This document shows, piece by piece, positions 1 through 10,367 of a stretch of 64,000 nt of DNA (positions are counted from its first letter, which is position 1; each line of letters begins with the position of its first letter). Source of the DNA: Thermoanaerobaculia bacterium (GTDB lineage: Bacteria > Acidobacteriota > Thermoanaerobaculia > Gp7-AA8). Under the pieces are notes generated by a model. The model saw only the letters and a program-made list of their open reading frames with translations. It did not search any database and had not been told where the DNA came from. Position numbers and translations under genes: made by a program. Where the stretch lies: NCBI GenBank assembly GCA_035482045.1, contig DATHRD010000081.1, positions 6,238 through 70,237 of the forward strand, given 5' to 3'.

Positions 1-8
1 GGCTGGAA

Positions 9-464
9 ATGGACCGCGAGCACTACCAAAAGGCGCTGGCGTATCTCGATCAGGCGGCCGTCCGAGTGCGGGAGAAGTCTCCTCCGCGGCTGCTGAACCT
101 GCACCTGACGCGCGGCGACGCTCTGGCGCGGCTGGGGAGGAATGAGGAGGCGGAGGGCGAGTTTCACGCGGAGATCAACGATTTTCCGGCGGATGCGCGT
201 GCCTATTCGTCGCTGATCATGCTACTGGCCACCGAGCGAAGGTTCGACGAGGCCACGAAAGTCGTCTTTGATGCGATCAAGGCATCGCCCGAGCCCCATA
301 CGTATACCGTGATCGCCGAGACGCTGAAAGCGATCGGCGACGATAAGGGCGCACTCTACTGGGCCTATCAGGGAATGCAGCGTTATCCGCAGGATGCCGA
401 GCTCCGTGGGCTGCCCAGGCATCTGGCCGCGGTCACGCCGGCACTCAAGTCACGTCTGCAGTAA
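9..464 (+). CDS. TPR-like repeat protein, probably the 3' part of a gene that begins upstream of the window
   Basis: ORF open to the window edge; helical repeat-like composition; stop shares a base with the next ATG. Confidence 0.4.
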   Translation: MDREHYQKALAYLDQAAVRVREKSPPRLLNLHLTRGDALARLGRNEEAEGEFHAEINDFPADARAYSSLIMLLATERRFDEATKVVFDAIKASPEPHTYTVIAETLKAIGDDKGALYWAYQGMQRYPQDAELRGLPRHLAAVTPALKSRLQ

Positions 465-2644
465 TGGCGAAGAAGAAAAAGCCGGACGCCCGGAATCCGG
501 TGCCTCCGCCGCGAGCCGGCGTGGGGCCGGGACAACGGCCGGCCGCACCGTCATCGAGTCCGCGCGGCACTTCCCGGCGCACGCTCCTCGTTCTGGCGTT
601 GGCGGGCTTGATCGCGATTGGCATCGCGGCGTTCTTTCTATTGCGGAATCGCTTCTCCCCTTCGCTTTCGCCCGCCCGCGACATCATCCTGATCACGATC
701 GACACCACGCGGGCGGGCGCTCTCGGGTATGCGGGCAATACCAACGTCAAGACTCCGTTCATCGACGCGCTGGCCGGCCGGGGAATCATCTTCACGAACG
801 CGCACGCCCATAACGTCATCACCCTGCCGTCGCACGTCAACATCCTGACCGGTCTCTACGCCTACCAGCACGGGGTGCACGACAATGCCGGGTTTGTCCT
901 CGATCCCAGCCATCTCACCGTCGCCACCAGGCTTCGCCAGGCCGGCTATACGACGGGCGCGTTCGTGGGCGCCTTTCCCCTCGACTCACGGTTCGGTCTG
1001 AATCAGGGCTTCGACACCTACGACGACAACTACGGGAAGGGTCAGGCTTCGGTCGATTTCGTGGAGCAGGAGCGCCGCGCGACGGCGGTTCTCAGCGTGG
1101 CCACGCGATGGTGGAAGGAACGGGAGGGACGAAAACGCTTCATGTGGATCCACCTGTACGACCCGCATGCGCCGTACCTGCCGCCGGAGCCGTTCCTTTC
1201 GGAGTATCGATACAGCGAGTATCTGGGCGAGATCGCCTATGTCGACGACTCGCTGTCGAAAGCGCTCGGTCCGATTCTGGACGCCGATCCGGATGCCCTG
1301 GTCATCCTCACATCCGATCACGGCGAATCGCTCGGCGAGCATGGAGAACAGACGCACGGCCTCTTCGCGTATGAATCGACGCTCAAGATCCCGTTGATCC
1401 TTGCCCGCCGGGGAATCGCGCATCGCATCGAGCCGGCGTACGTTCGCCACGTCGACATCGTTCCGACGATTCTCACCGCGGCCGCGATCCCGGTCCCCAA
1501 GGAGCTCCCGGGACAGTCGCTGCTGGGCACCGTGGCGCCGAGCGACAGCTACTTCGAGGCGCTTTCGGCGTCTCTGAACCGCGGCTGGGCGCCGCTGACG
1601 GGGGTCATCCACGGCGGCGTGAAGTATGTGGACCTTCCGCTGGCGGAGCTTTACGACCTGCCGCACGATCCTCATGAGGCGAATAACCTGGTCGACGAGC
1701 GGCGGCGCGAGGTCGAGCTGGCCAGAAAACTGCTCGATCGAATGAAGGCCGAGATCACCTCCTCACCGCGGTCGGTGTCGCCGGAGGAGGTGGCCCGTCT
1801 TCGCAGCCTCGGCTACATCGCCGGCTCGGCTCCCTCGCGTGCTCACTACACGGCCGGCGACGATCCGAAGTCCCTCATCGGAATCGACGGCAAGATGCAC
1901 GACGCCATCGACGCATTCGAGCATCACGATCCGGCGCGCGGCCTTCAGCTCGCCCGCGAGCTCGTGGCGGAACGGCCTTCCATGATCGCCGGTCGGGAGA
2001 TTCTGGCCTTCATGCTGGAGCAGAACGACCTGGTCGGCGAGGCCATCGAGCAGTTGAAGATCATCGTTCACGATCCGGCCGCCGGTGTCGACGATCGCGT
2101 GCAGCTCGCTCTGCTCTATTGCGAGACCGCGCAGCCGGCGGCGGCGGTCGATCTGCTCGCTCCGCTGACGGCGACGAAAAACCCGGATGTTCTCAACGCA
2201 TACGGAGTGGCGTTGTCCGATCAGGGGAAAGGCCCGAAGGCGCGGGAACAGTTCGAGCGCGTTCTCTCCATCGACGCCAATAACGCTCCCGCGCTCCAGA
2301 ACCTGGGCATCCTCGTTTTGCGTCAGGACGATGTCGGCGCGGCGCTTACCTATCTCAATCGCGCTCTGGACCTGAACCCCAAACTGCCGCTGGCGCTGAA
2401 CACGCTCGGCGTGGCCTATGCCCGCGTGAGCGATTTCAGCCGCGCCGTCGACGCCTGGAATCGCGCAATCCAGAGCGACCCCCGGCAGTACGACGCATTG
2501 CTGAACATCGGGATCGTCGAGGCGAAAGCCGGGAACGCCGCGGACGCGCGCGACGCGCTGGAGCGCTTCATCAAGGTGGCGCCGAGGTCCCGCTACGGCG
2601 CCGACATCGCGGAAGCGCAGCGAACGCTGGCGCAGCTGCACTGA
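464..2644 (+). CDS. Membrane-anchored sulfatase-family (alkaline-phosphatase superfamily) protein with C-terminal TPR repeats
   Basis: N-terminal TM segment; ITIDTTRAG metal/nucleophile motif with Thr (LtaS/EptA-like); SDHGESLGEHGE motif; C-terminal approx. 250 aa of TPR-like repeats. Confidence 0.7.
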   Translation: MAKKKKPDARNPVPPPRAGVGPGQRPAAPSSSPRGTSRRTLLVLALAGLIAIGIAAFFLLRNRFSPSLSPARDIILITIDTTRAGALGYAGNTNVKTPFIDALAGRGIIFTNAHAHNVITLPSHVNILTGLYAYQHGVHDNAGFVLDPSHLTVATRLRQAGYTTGAFVGAFPLDSRFGLNQGFDTYDDNYGKGQASVDFVEQERRATAVLSVATRWWKEREGRKRFMWIHLYDPHAPYLPPEPFLSEYRYSEYLGEIAYVDDSLSKALGPILDADPDALVILTSDHGESLGEHGEQTHGLFAYESTLKIPLILARRGIAHRIEPAYVRHVDIVPTILTAAAIPVPKELPGQSLLGTVAPSDSYFEALSASLNRGWAPLTGVIHGGVKYVDLPLAELYDLPHDPHEANNLVDERRREVELARKLLDRMKAEITSSPRSVSPEEVARLRSLGYIAGSAPSRAHYTAGDDPKSLIGIDGKMHDAIDAFEHHDPARGLQLARELVAERPSMIAGREILAFMLEQNDLVGEAIEQLKIIVHDPAAGVDDRVQLALLYCETAQPAAAVDLLAPLTATKNPDVLNAYGVALSDQGKGPKAREQFERVLSIDANNAPALQNLGILVLRQDDVGAALTYLNRALDLNPKLPLALNTLGVAYARVSDFSRAVDAWNRAIQSDPRQYDALLNIGIVEAKAGNAADARDALERFIKVAPRSRYGADIAEAQRTLAQLH

Positions 2645-2674
2645 AAAACCCAGCAACCCGGTAAACTACCCGCA

Positions 2675-3373
2675 TTGCACGGCGACCTAACTGAATTCGA
2701 ATCCCGGATCGGGTACAGCTTCCAGCAGCGGGAGCTCCTCACGCGTGCGCTCACGCACAAGTCGTTCTCGCATGAGGCGAAGAACGATTCGATGCGGGAT
2801 AACGAGACGTTTGAATTCCTCGGAGACTCCGTTCTCGGCTTCGTCATCGGCGATCTTCTCTTCCGCCGTTTTCCTGAGCTCGACGAAGGAGCGCTTTCGA
2901 AGATGAAGGCCTATCTCGTCAGCGCGACGAGCCTCGCCGAAAAGGCCCGGGTGTACGGCATGGGCGAGGTGCTCTTCCTCGGCGTCGGCGAAGAGAAGTC
3001 CGGCGGCCGGAAGAAGGACTCGCTGCTGGCCAACCTCTTCGAAGCGATGCTGGCGGGGGTCTTCCTCGACGGAGGAATCGACGCGGCGCGGCAGCTCATC
3101 GAACGAACCTTCATGCCTGATGTCGAGGCCATCGATGAGCAGAACCTTCTGTTTCAGGATTTCAAGACCGCGCTACAGGAACAGGCACAGGGGAGCGGGC
3201 TGCCTTTGCCGGAGTACAGCGTCGTGGGCGAGGTGGGCCCCGACCATGACAAACGCTTCATCGTTGAAGTGAAAGTCGGCAACCTCGTGACGCGCGGCGA
3301 GGGTTCGTCCAAAAAAGAGGCGCAGCAGCAGGCGGCCAAGCATGCATTGCGCGAACCTCCGCCGGGCGCCTAG
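2675..3373 (+). CDS. rnc: Ribonuclease III
   Basis: ERLEFLGDS-like signature (NETFEFLGDSVLG), catalytic domain plus C-terminal dsRBD; TTG start. Confidence 0.9.
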   Translation: MHGDLTEFESRIGYSFQQRELLTRALTHKSFSHEAKNDSMRDNETFEFLGDSVLGFVIGDLLFRRFPELDEGALSKMKAYLVSATSLAEKARVYGMGEVLFLGVGEEKSGGRKKDSLLANLFEAMLAGVFLDGGIDAARQLIERTFMPDVEAIDEQNLLFQDFKTALQEQAQGSGLPLPEYSVVGEVGPDHDKRFIVEVKVGNLVTRGEGSSKKEAQQQAAKHALREPPPGA

Positions 3374-4493
3374 GGCCATCGCCGCGGCGCTGATCCTGGC
3401 GATCGGCCTGACCACGGCGCACTCGCAGACGACGCGCAATCCGGACCTGACCCGCATTCGCGCGGAGATCGAACGGCTCCGCAAACGGCTGGACGACGTC
3501 CGCTCGCAGACCCGCAGCGCGGAGCACGACCTGGAAGAGGCCGACCTCGAGCTCGGAATCCGGACGAACGAGCTGCAACTCGCCATCGACATGCAATCGC
3601 AGCTCGAGCAGCAGCAACATGAGATCGAGGCGCAGATCTCCTCGATCGCCTCGGGCATGGCACGGGAGAAGGACTTCCTTCGCAAACGGCTGGCCACCCT
3701 CTACCGGCTCGGCGGGCTCAGCTACATTCGCCTGCTGTTGTCGATCGATGATCGCCGCGATCCCGTGCAGGCCGTGTCCATGCTCAGTTTCCTGGTCTCC
3801 CGCGATGCGCGCGCGGTTTCGCGTTTCCAGGCCGCGCGCGAGGAACTGCGCGCCCGCTCCGCCGAGCTCGCCGATCGCCAGCAGAAGCTGGCCGGAGTGC
3901 GGCTCATCGTCGAGCAGCGTCAGCGGTCGACCGCCGTGGCGCGCGCGAAGAAAGAGAGGATGCTGACATCGCTCCGGAGCGAGGGAAACCAGTCCGAGCA
4001 GAAGCTGGCCGAGCTGGAAGAGAAGGCCCGGCGGCTCGAGCACCTTCTCAGCGTGCTGTCGCGCCAGAACGGGGCGGCAGTGGCGGCGATCGATATCCGC
4101 ACCGTGCAGGGCGCGCTGGCATGGCCGGTTCAGGGAAAGATCATCGAGGGCTTCGGAAAGCAACGGAACGCAAAATTTTCGACTGTGACCTTCAATAATG
4201 GCCTCAAGATCGCGGCGGCGGCAGGAACCGAGGTACGCTCCGTGTTCGCGGGAACAGTTCTATTTTCGCAGTGGTTCAAGGGGTACGGTAATCTGGTGAT
4301 TCTCGATCACGGCAACCGCGTTTTCTCACTCTACGGCAACCTGAAGTCGCCTGCCGTCGCCATCGGCGACCGCATCAACGCTGGTCAGGCACTTGCAGGA
4401 GTCGGCGAGTCGGAGGATGCGCATTCCGGCTATCTCTACTTCGAGATTCGGCAGGACAACAAGCCTGAAGATCCGCAGAAATGGCTGCGGTAA
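3342..4493 (+). CDS. envC: M23 family murein hydrolase activator (EnvC-like), secreted
   Basis: Signal peptide, long coiled-coil region, C-terminal M23/LytM domain (GYGNLVILDHGN...SGYLYFEIR). Confidence 0.8.
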   Translation: MHCANLRRAPRAIAAALILAIGLTTAHSQTTRNPDLTRIRAEIERLRKRLDDVRSQTRSAEHDLEEADLELGIRTNELQLAIDMQSQLEQQQHEIEAQISSIASGMAREKDFLRKRLATLYRLGGLSYIRLLLSIDDRRDPVQAVSMLSFLVSRDARAVSRFQAAREELRARSAELADRQQKLAGVRLIVEQRQRSTAVARAKKERMLTSLRSEGNQSEQKLAELEEKARRLEHLLSVLSRQNGAAVAAIDIRTVQGALAWPVQGKIIEGFGKQRNAKFSTVTFNNGLKIAAAAGTEVRSVFAGTVLFSQWFKGYGNLVILDHGNRVFSLYGNLKSPAVAIGDRINAGQALAGVGESEDAHSGYLYFEIRQDNKPEDPQKWLR

Positions 4494-4506
4494 CGAGCAC
4501 GACGCT

Positions 4507-5715
4507 ATGAGCAAAAAGAAAATCGCCTTCCTCTCCGTTTCGGTAGCGCTACTTCTCTCCCTTCTCGGCGGCGCGCTGTTCGGACAGGCCACGCAGAAGA
4601 ACAACGTCTACCGCTACCTCAGCATCTTCACCGAGGTCCTGGACCTGGTGCGGAACAACTACGTCGATCAGGTACCGCCCGATCAGTTGATGGACGGGGC
4701 TTTCTCCGGCGTCACCGACGCCATCGACGAGTTCAGCTACTACGTCCCACCCACGCAGATGGCGGCCTATAAGACCTTCAGCGACGTCGAGGACAACGGA
4801 GTCGGACTCATCGTCACCAAGCGCTTCGGATACGCGTTCGTCATCGCGGCAGTCCCGGGCTCGCCCGCCGCGAAGGCCGGGATCGAGCGCGGCGACTTCA
4901 TCGAGAAGATCGACGGGCAGCCGACACCGAAACTGGCCGTCTGGCAGGTGCGCAATCTTCTTCGCTCCGCCAAACCGATGAAGCTCCAGGTCCTGCGCGG
5001 CGGCGAGACCAAGCGCGACGAATTCACCGTGCAGCAGGCCGCTTTTCATCCGCTTCCCATCACGACCGGGCAGTACGGCGGCGTGGCCTACGTGAAGATC
5101 CCCTACTTCGAGAAGGGAACGGCCGCGCAACTGGCCACCACGCTCGAGAGCATCCGCAAGGCCGGGAGCCGCAAGCTGATCATCGACCTCCGCGGCAATG
5201 CCGGCGGAGACGTCAATGAGGCCATTACCTCGGCGGATGAGCTGCTGACGAGCGGCATGATCACCGCACTGGCGGGCCGTAAAGTCGATGCCAAACAGTG
5301 GCAGGCCGACCGCAACACCGACTACGACGGCGATCTCGAGGTTCTCACCGACGGCTCGACCGCTTCCGGCGCCGAGATCTTCGCGGCCGCCATCCATGGC
5401 AACCAGCGTGGCAAAGTCGTCGGCGTGACGACGTACGGCAAGTCGATCGTGCAACGCTTCGTGCCGCTTCCCAGCGGCGGTGGCGTGTACATGACCGTCG
5501 CGCACTACACGACGCCGGACATGAAGGCGATCAAGGCCGGTGGTATCCGTCCCGACGTCGTCGTCGACCTCACCGCGCTTGCCCTCCGCGAGCCGGAGCC
5601 TCCCGCGGCCAAGGGCGCTCCGCGCGCTGCCGAGAAGCCCAAAGACGATCTGATCCTCCAGAAGGCGTTGCAGCTGTTCAACGAGCCGGCGGCGGCGGCG
5701 AAGAAGGCGGCGTAA
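4507..5715 (+). CDS. ctpA: Carboxyl-terminal processing protease (S41)
   Basis: MSKKK start with signal peptide; PDZ domain; S41 motifs ([25 protein letters not shown] in YGKS). Longer ORF from 4393 is an upstream extension overlapping envC. Confidence 0.85.
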   Translation: MSKKKIAFLSVSVALLLSLLGGALFGQATQKNNVYRYLSIFTEVLDLVRNNYVDQVPPDQLMDGAFSGVTDAIDEFSYYVPPTQMAAYKTFSDVEDNGVGLIVTKRFGYAFVIAAVPGSPAAKAGIERGDFIEKIDGQPTPKLAVWQVRNLLRSAKPMKLQVLRGGETKRDEFTVQQAAFHPLPITTGQYGGVAYVKIPYFEKGTAAQLATTLESIRKAGSRKLIIDLRGNAGGDVNEAITSADELLTSGMITALAGRKVDAKQWQADRNTDYDGDLEVLTDGSTASGAEIFAAAIHGNQRGKVVGVTTYGKSIVQRFVPLPSGGGVYMTVAHYTTPDMKAIKAGGIRPDVVVDLTALALREPEPPAAKGAPRAAEKPKDDLILQKALQLFNEPAAAAKKAA

Positions 5716-7756
5716 ACACCGGCAAGCGCTGCTGTGAATCGTCGCGCTGCGCCGAGTCGAGCGGCAGCTCTACGGTGAACGTGGCGCCGTGCCCGCGGCC
5801 TTCGCTGGCCACGGTGGCACTGCCGCCGTGCAGCTCGGCGAGGTGGCGAACGATGGCCAGGCCGAGTCCCAGTCCCCCGTGGGCGCGGGCATTGCCGCTG
5901 TCCGCCTGCCGGAAACGCTCGAAGACGTGCGGCAGAAAGACCGGCTCGATCCCGGGGCCGTCGTCGCTCACGATGACGCTGGCCGCGTTCTCGCCGCGCG
6001 CGAGCCGAACCGCGATGTGTCCGCCCCGCGGAACGAACTTGATCGCATTCGAGAGGAGGTTCCAGACGATCTGCTGCAACCGGTTGGCATCACCCAGCAC
6101 CGGCGTGGCCGAATCGAGATCGATGTCGATGGTGATCTGCTTGGCCATGGCGGCCGGCTGCAGAGTCTCGATGGCGCTGGTGATGACGGCGCAGAGATCG
6201 ACCGGCACGACATCCAGCCGGAACTTGCCGCTGATGATGCTCGATACGTCGAGGATATCTTCGATCAGCCGCGCCTGCGCCTGGGTCGACCGGTCGATCG
6301 ACTCCATGGCCACTTTCGCGGTCTCCTCGTCGAGCGAGCCCTGGGTGAGCATCCGCACCCAGCCGAGCGTGGCCGTCATCGGCGTCCGCAGCTCATGTGA
6401 CACGGTGGCCAGGAACTCGTCCTTGGCCCGATTGGCCTCGACTGCCGCCGTGTGAAGCTGGGCGTTCTCGACGGCCAGCGCCACGCGGCGCGCGAAGAGC
6501 TGCGCGAGATCGCGATCCGCGTCGTCGTAACGATTCTTCTGGCTCGAGCTGACCGTCAACGCGCCGATCGTTCCGCTTTGAGCGATCAGAGGGACGACCA
6601 TGTAGGACTGCGTCCCAAAACGCCGGATGATGTCGCGGTAGGCCTCGTCGTCCCCGCGCTTCGCCAGCTCCTCGGGCGGAAGCTCGTTCAGGACTTCTGG
6701 TTTGCTGCTGCGGATCGCCGCGGGCGGTCCGTAGGGATGGTCCACGCGCGGGCTGTAGGTCTTCATCAGGCGGACGGCATCCTGCAGGGAGGGATCGACA
6801 TGCCTGACCGCGGCGCGGCGGATCGATGCACCATCGAGGACGTCGATGACGCACAGCTCGCCGAGGATGGGCAGGGCCGCCTCGGCCGCGGTCTCGAGCG
6901 TGATGTTCGCATCAAGCGACGACGTGACCAGCTCGCTCACACGCGCCAGGAACCGCAACGATTCCTCCGCGCGGCGCCGCGCGGTCAGGTCGAGCGTTAC
7001 GCCGCGCATTCCGATCGGTTTGCCGTCATCGTCATTGACGACCATGGAATGCGATTCCACCCAGATCGCGCGCCCGTCTTTCGTCAGCCAGCGGAACGAG
7101 TCCATTTGGAAGCCGCCGGCCGCGAAATGCTCCTCAGAATGCCTCGCCGCCATCTCGCGATCGTCGGGATGGACGATCGTGAGCCAGAAGTTCGGCGTGG
7201 CCAGCCACTCCTCGACCGAGTAGCCGAGCATCCTCGTGACATGCTCGCTCACATAGTCGATCCCTTGCGATTGTCCGTTCGGATTGCCGTGAGATTCCCA
7301 CACGACGCCCGGGACGCTGGAGACGATATCGGCCAGGCGCCGGCGCTCCGCCTCCACGCGGTTGGCCATCTCCTGGAGATCCCGGCCTCGTGCGTCGCGC
7401 AGCCTTGCCATCTCCGCGCGATGCGCCGCGATGATCCACGACAGCAGGATCATGAACGTGTCGATGATGGCGAGCTGAATGGCGTCGCCGGAACCGACAA
7501 ACCTCCGCGCGTAGACTGGAAGAACGAAGAGATAAAGAACCGCCGCCGAGGAGAGGGCGATCGACAGAAGAGCCGGGCCGAAGCCGCTGTAGGTGGCGCT
7601 GATCACGATGGCCCCGATCAGCATGAGGTAGCGTCCGCCGCCGATATTCGGCGCCAGCCAGATTTGCAGGAGGATGGCCAGCGCGGTCACCGCGAGCGCG
7701 ATGAGATATCGGCTCGCCAGCGAGCCCAACGCGACGGGTCGGAGTTTATCTGTCAC
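5678..7756 (-). CDS. Sensor histidine kinase (membrane sensor domain, PAS, GAF, HisKA, HATPase)
   Basis: [11 protein letters not shown]-box, N/G1/G2 boxes, PAS and GAF regions, two hydrophobic blocks at N-terminus. ORF extends to 8005, but that upstream part overlaps the neighbouring gene and looks non-genuine. GTG at 7756 proposed as the start. Confidence 0.75.
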   Translation of the reverse strand: MTDKLRPVALGSLASRYLIALAVTALAILLQIWLAPNIGGGRYLMLIGAIVISATYSGFGPALLSIALSSAAVLYLFVLPVYARRFVGSGDAIQLAIIDTFMILLSWIIAAHRAEMARLRDARGRDLQEMANRVEAERRRLADIVSSVPGVVWESHGNPNGQSQGIDYVSEHVTRMLGYSVEEWLATPNFWLTIVHPDDREMAARHSEEHFAAGGFQMDSFRWLTKDGRAIWVESHSMVVNDDDGKPIGMRGVTLDLTARRRAEESLRFLARVSELVTSSLDANITLETAAEAALPILGELCVIDVLDGASIRRAAVRHVDPSLQDAVRLMKTYSPRVDHPYGPPAAIRSSKPEVLNELPPEELAKRGDDEAYRDIIRRFGTQSYMVVPLIAQSGTIGALTVSSSQKNRYDDADRDLAQLFARRVALAVENAQLHTAAVEANRAKDEFLATVSHELRTPMTATLGWVRMLTQGSLDEETAKVAMESIDRSTQAQARLIEDILDVSSIISGKFRLDVVPVDLCAVITSAIETLQPAAMAKQITIDIDLDSATPVLGDANRLQQIVWNLLSNAIKFVPRGGHIAVRLARGENAASVIVSDDGPGIEPVFLPHVFERFRQADSGNARAHGGLGLGLAIVRHLAELHGGSATVASEGRGHGATFTVELPLDSAQRDDSQQRLPVFTPPSSPPPPAR

Positions 7757-7793
7757 TGGGATCGTGTTGCTGTCGTTGGTGCGCCTGCGGGTC

Positions 7794-8990
7794 TCATGCC
7801 GGGTTGGCACGCGCTGGCAAGTCAGCGAGCAGGATCTCCAACGCATCCGCCAGTTTTTCGTAGTCGCCGATCGAGTTGTAAAGCTGCGCGGAAACGCGCA
7901 GGACCCGTTTCGGCTGATTCGGCCAGGGGACGATCGGCACCTCGATCCCGTGCTCGAACAGCAACGCGTCCTGCAGCGGCTCGCTGAAGAGTGATGACGG
8001 GACATAGGCGTCGCCGTCGGGGAGCGGGAAGGCAGCCATCGACCCGATCATGTCGTCCGGCGCAGGCTTCTCCATCCCGAGCCGGCCGCACAAGAGGTCG
8101 CGCGCGCGCAGCGCCAGCTCGCGGTTGCGCCGCATCACTTCCGGCCAGCCGCCCTCGACGGCCGCGGCCATGAACCGCAGGGCGGCAGGGACGCAGAGCC
8201 ACGACGTGGGGTCGAAGGTGCCGGGCCAGTCGAACTCGAGGTGGAACCGGCTGCGGTCGGTGCGGGTGGAGTTCGCGCCGTGGCTGATCACGACCGGACG
8301 GATGCCGAGCCGGCGGTTGGGGCGGACGTACAGGAAGGCCGCCCCTTTCGGAGCGCACACCCACTTGTGGAGGTTGCCCGTGTAGTAGGTGGCTCCCAGC
8401 GCGTCGAGATTCAGCGGGAACATGCCGGGGGCATGCGCGCCGTCGACGAGCGTGTCGATGCCGCGCTGCTTCAACTCATCGATCAGCCGCGCGATCGGAA
8501 AGATCAATCCCGTCTGGCTGGTGACGTGATCGATGAGAAGGAGGCGCGTGCGGTCGGTGACGCGTTCCATGACCCGATCGATGACCTCTCCCGACGAACG
8601 GATCGGGAACGGCACCTCGACAGCCACGACCTTCGCGCCCGCCAGCCCGGCAACGTACTCGAGTGCATTGCGCGAGGCGTTGTACTCGTGCGAGGTGACG
8701 AGCAACTCGTCGTGCCGGTCCAGATCGAGCGAACGGAGCACGGCATTCACGCCGGTGGTGGCATTCGGAACGAAGGCGATCGACGCCGGTTCGGCTCCCA
8801 CGAACTCCGCGAGCACGGCCCGGGCGTCATCGAGCAGCGGCTCGAGCTCGCGAACCATGAAGCGCACCGGCTCGCGCTCCAGTTGCGCGCGCAGCTCGTC
8901 CTGTCTGGCCAGCACCACTCTCGGTGTGGCGCCGAAGGAACCGTGATTGAGGTAGGTGATTGCGGGATCGAGAAGCCAGTGCTGTTTCAT
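7794..8990 (-). CDS. Aminotransferase class V (cysteine desulfurase / isopenicillin-N epimerase-like PLP enzyme)
   Basis: MKQHWLLDP...HGSFGA start; class V fold motifs ([21 protein letters not shown] lysine region). ORF track extends to 9875 through the upstream gene, so it was trimmed to the ATG at 8990. Confidence 0.8.
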   Translation of the reverse strand: MKQHWLLDPAITYLNHGSFGATPRVVLARQDELRAQLEREPVRFMVRELEPLLDDARAVLAEFVGAEPASIAFVPNATTGVNAVLRSLDLDRHDELLVTSHEYNASRNALEYVAGLAGAKVVAVEVPFPIRSSGEVIDRVMERVTDRTRLLLIDHVTSQTGLIFPIARLIDELKQRGIDTLVDGAHAPGMFPLNLDALGATYYTGNLHKWVCAPKGAAFLYVRPNRRLGIRPVVISHGANSTRTDRSRFHLEFDWPGTFDPTSWLCVPAALRFMAAAVEGGWPEVMRRNRELALRARDLLCGRLGMEKPAPDDMIGSMAAFPLPDGDAYVPSSLFSEPLQDALLFEHGIEVPIVPWPNQPKRVLRVSAQLYNSIGDYEKLADALEILLADLPARANPA

Positions 8991-10105
8991 GACGTCGGGA
9001 GGGAGCTTACCAGCAGCCTGATTCCTTCCTCGAATATGTGCGGCTCCGTCAGGAGGGACACCACCACATGTCCCTCGCTCTCGAAATCGAAGAAATAGCC
9101 CGGATGGATCACGACGCCATGCTCTTCGATCAGGCGCAGCGCCAGTCCTTCGTCGGAATCGAGCCGGGGAACGCGGATCACGGCTGACCAGCCTCCCTCG
9201 ACCGGGAGCAGGCGCGCGGCGGGGTAACCCCCGAGCATCGCCTCGAGCATCTGCAGGTTCGATGACGTCCGCTGTCGGATGTCGTCGCGAATCCGCGGGG
9301 CGATGGCCAGCAACTCCGGCAGGGCCACCTGTACCGGCGTGGCGACGGAGAGGAAATTGTCGGCGATGAGCTCCAGGGCGTCGATCGCCGACGCCTTGCC
9401 GGGACCGCTCATACGGATCCATCCCAGTTTGTAATGCGGCAGGCCGGCGGACTTGGAGAGTCCTCCGAGGGTGAAGGTGAGGACGTCGTCGCGGACGAAC
9501 GACGGCGACCGATCGCGGAACGCGAACGGATGAAAGACCTCGTCCGAGATCACCGGCAGGCCCAGCCGCGCCATGGCATCCTGCTCCGATGACGTGACGT
9601 ACGAGCCGGTCGGGTTGTTCGGGTTGACGACGAGCACGGCCCGTGTGCGCCCACACATCGCCGAGCGAACACGCGCCGGATCGATCTCCCACCGTCTGTG
9701 AAACTCCAGCGCGAAGTAGTGCAGCTCGATCAGCTCCAGCGCGGCCAGGTGTTCGAGCAACGGATAGGACGGCCGTGCCGTCAGCACGGCATCGCCGGGA
9801 TCGCAGAGAAGCTTGAAAAGGAACGAATACGCCTCGCTCGTCGACGCGGTGATGACGACGTCCGCCGCATCGCACGCCAACTCCTGCGCGACCGCCTCAC
9901 GCGCGCGGCCGAGACCGAGCGGTTGTGGGTCGTAGGGTGCCTTTGCGGCGCGCGCCATGACCTCGGACAGCTCATCGAGCGGATAGGGGAGGCTCGCCTT
10001 CGTCGGATTCGCATTCGTCAGATCGAGCAGCTGGCCACGATATGCCTGTCGCGCCAGGGTGAGGCGATTGATGGCGGCGTCCCAATGGGCGCGTTTGGAG
10101 AACAT
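8987..10105 (-). CDS. Aminotransferase class I/II (AlaA/AspC-like PLP enzyme)
   Basis: VNPNNPTGSY and SKSAGLPHYKLGW (PLP lysine) motifs; 4-nt ATGA overlap with the downstream class V gene, so they form an operon. Confidence 0.8.
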   Translation of the reverse strand: MFSKRAHWDAAINRLTLARQAYRGQLLDLTNANPTKASLPYPLDELSEVMARAAKAPYDPQPLGLGRAREAVAQELACDAADVVITASTSEAYSFLFKLLCDPGDAVLTARPSYPLLEHLAALELIELHYFALEFHRRWEIDPARVRSAMCGRTRAVLVVNPNNPTGSYVTSSEQDAMARLGLPVISDEVFHPFAFRDRSPSFVRDDVLTFTLGGLSKSAGLPHYKLGWIRMSGPGKASAIDALELIADNFLSVATPVQVALPELLAIAPRIRDDIRQRTSSNLQMLEAMLGGYPAARLLPVEGGWSAVIRVPRLDSDEGLALRLIEEHGVVIHPGYFFDFESEGHVVVSLLTEPHIFEEGIRLLVSSLPTS

Positions 10106-10117
10106 GTCGCGTTTGCA

Positions 10118-10365
10118 GTCGCGGGGTTGCGGGTTGCGGGGTTACGGGTTACGGGGTCTCGCGGTGGAGAGGCTACCTGCTATGAAGGGAGGACCGCACA
10201 GACAAGAGTGTCTGTGCCCGCACAGACAAGAGTGTCTGTGCCACATCGAAGCCGCAGTGTGGCCTAGACACTCTGTCCGTTCCACAGCGGTTCCAGTGTG
10301 GCACAGACACTCTGTCCGTTCCACAGCGCGGTTCCAATGTGGCACAGACACTCTTGTCTGTGCTC
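10118..10365. repeat. Composite intergenic repeat region: tandem GGGTTGC heptads, 2 x 24-bp palindrome GCACAGACAAGAGTGTCTGTGC, and 3 x approx. 42-bp direct repeats
   Basis: Read directly from the sequence; lies between the peptidase gene's 3' end and the aminotransferase operon's 5' end. Confidence 0.8.
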
Positions 10366-10367
10366 CT

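Noticed and set aside
5678-8005. Full-length ORF extents where the 5' end runs into a neighbouring gene or a hairpin (also 7794..9875, 10368..11576, 28618..29979, 16849..17361, 60673..61548, 4393..5715, 49256..50194, 17394..19502)
   Set aside because: The N-terminal extensions are low-complexity, overlap upstream genes or repeat elements, and lack an RBS. Each was trimmed to an internal start supported by a signal peptide, an RBS or homology boundaries.
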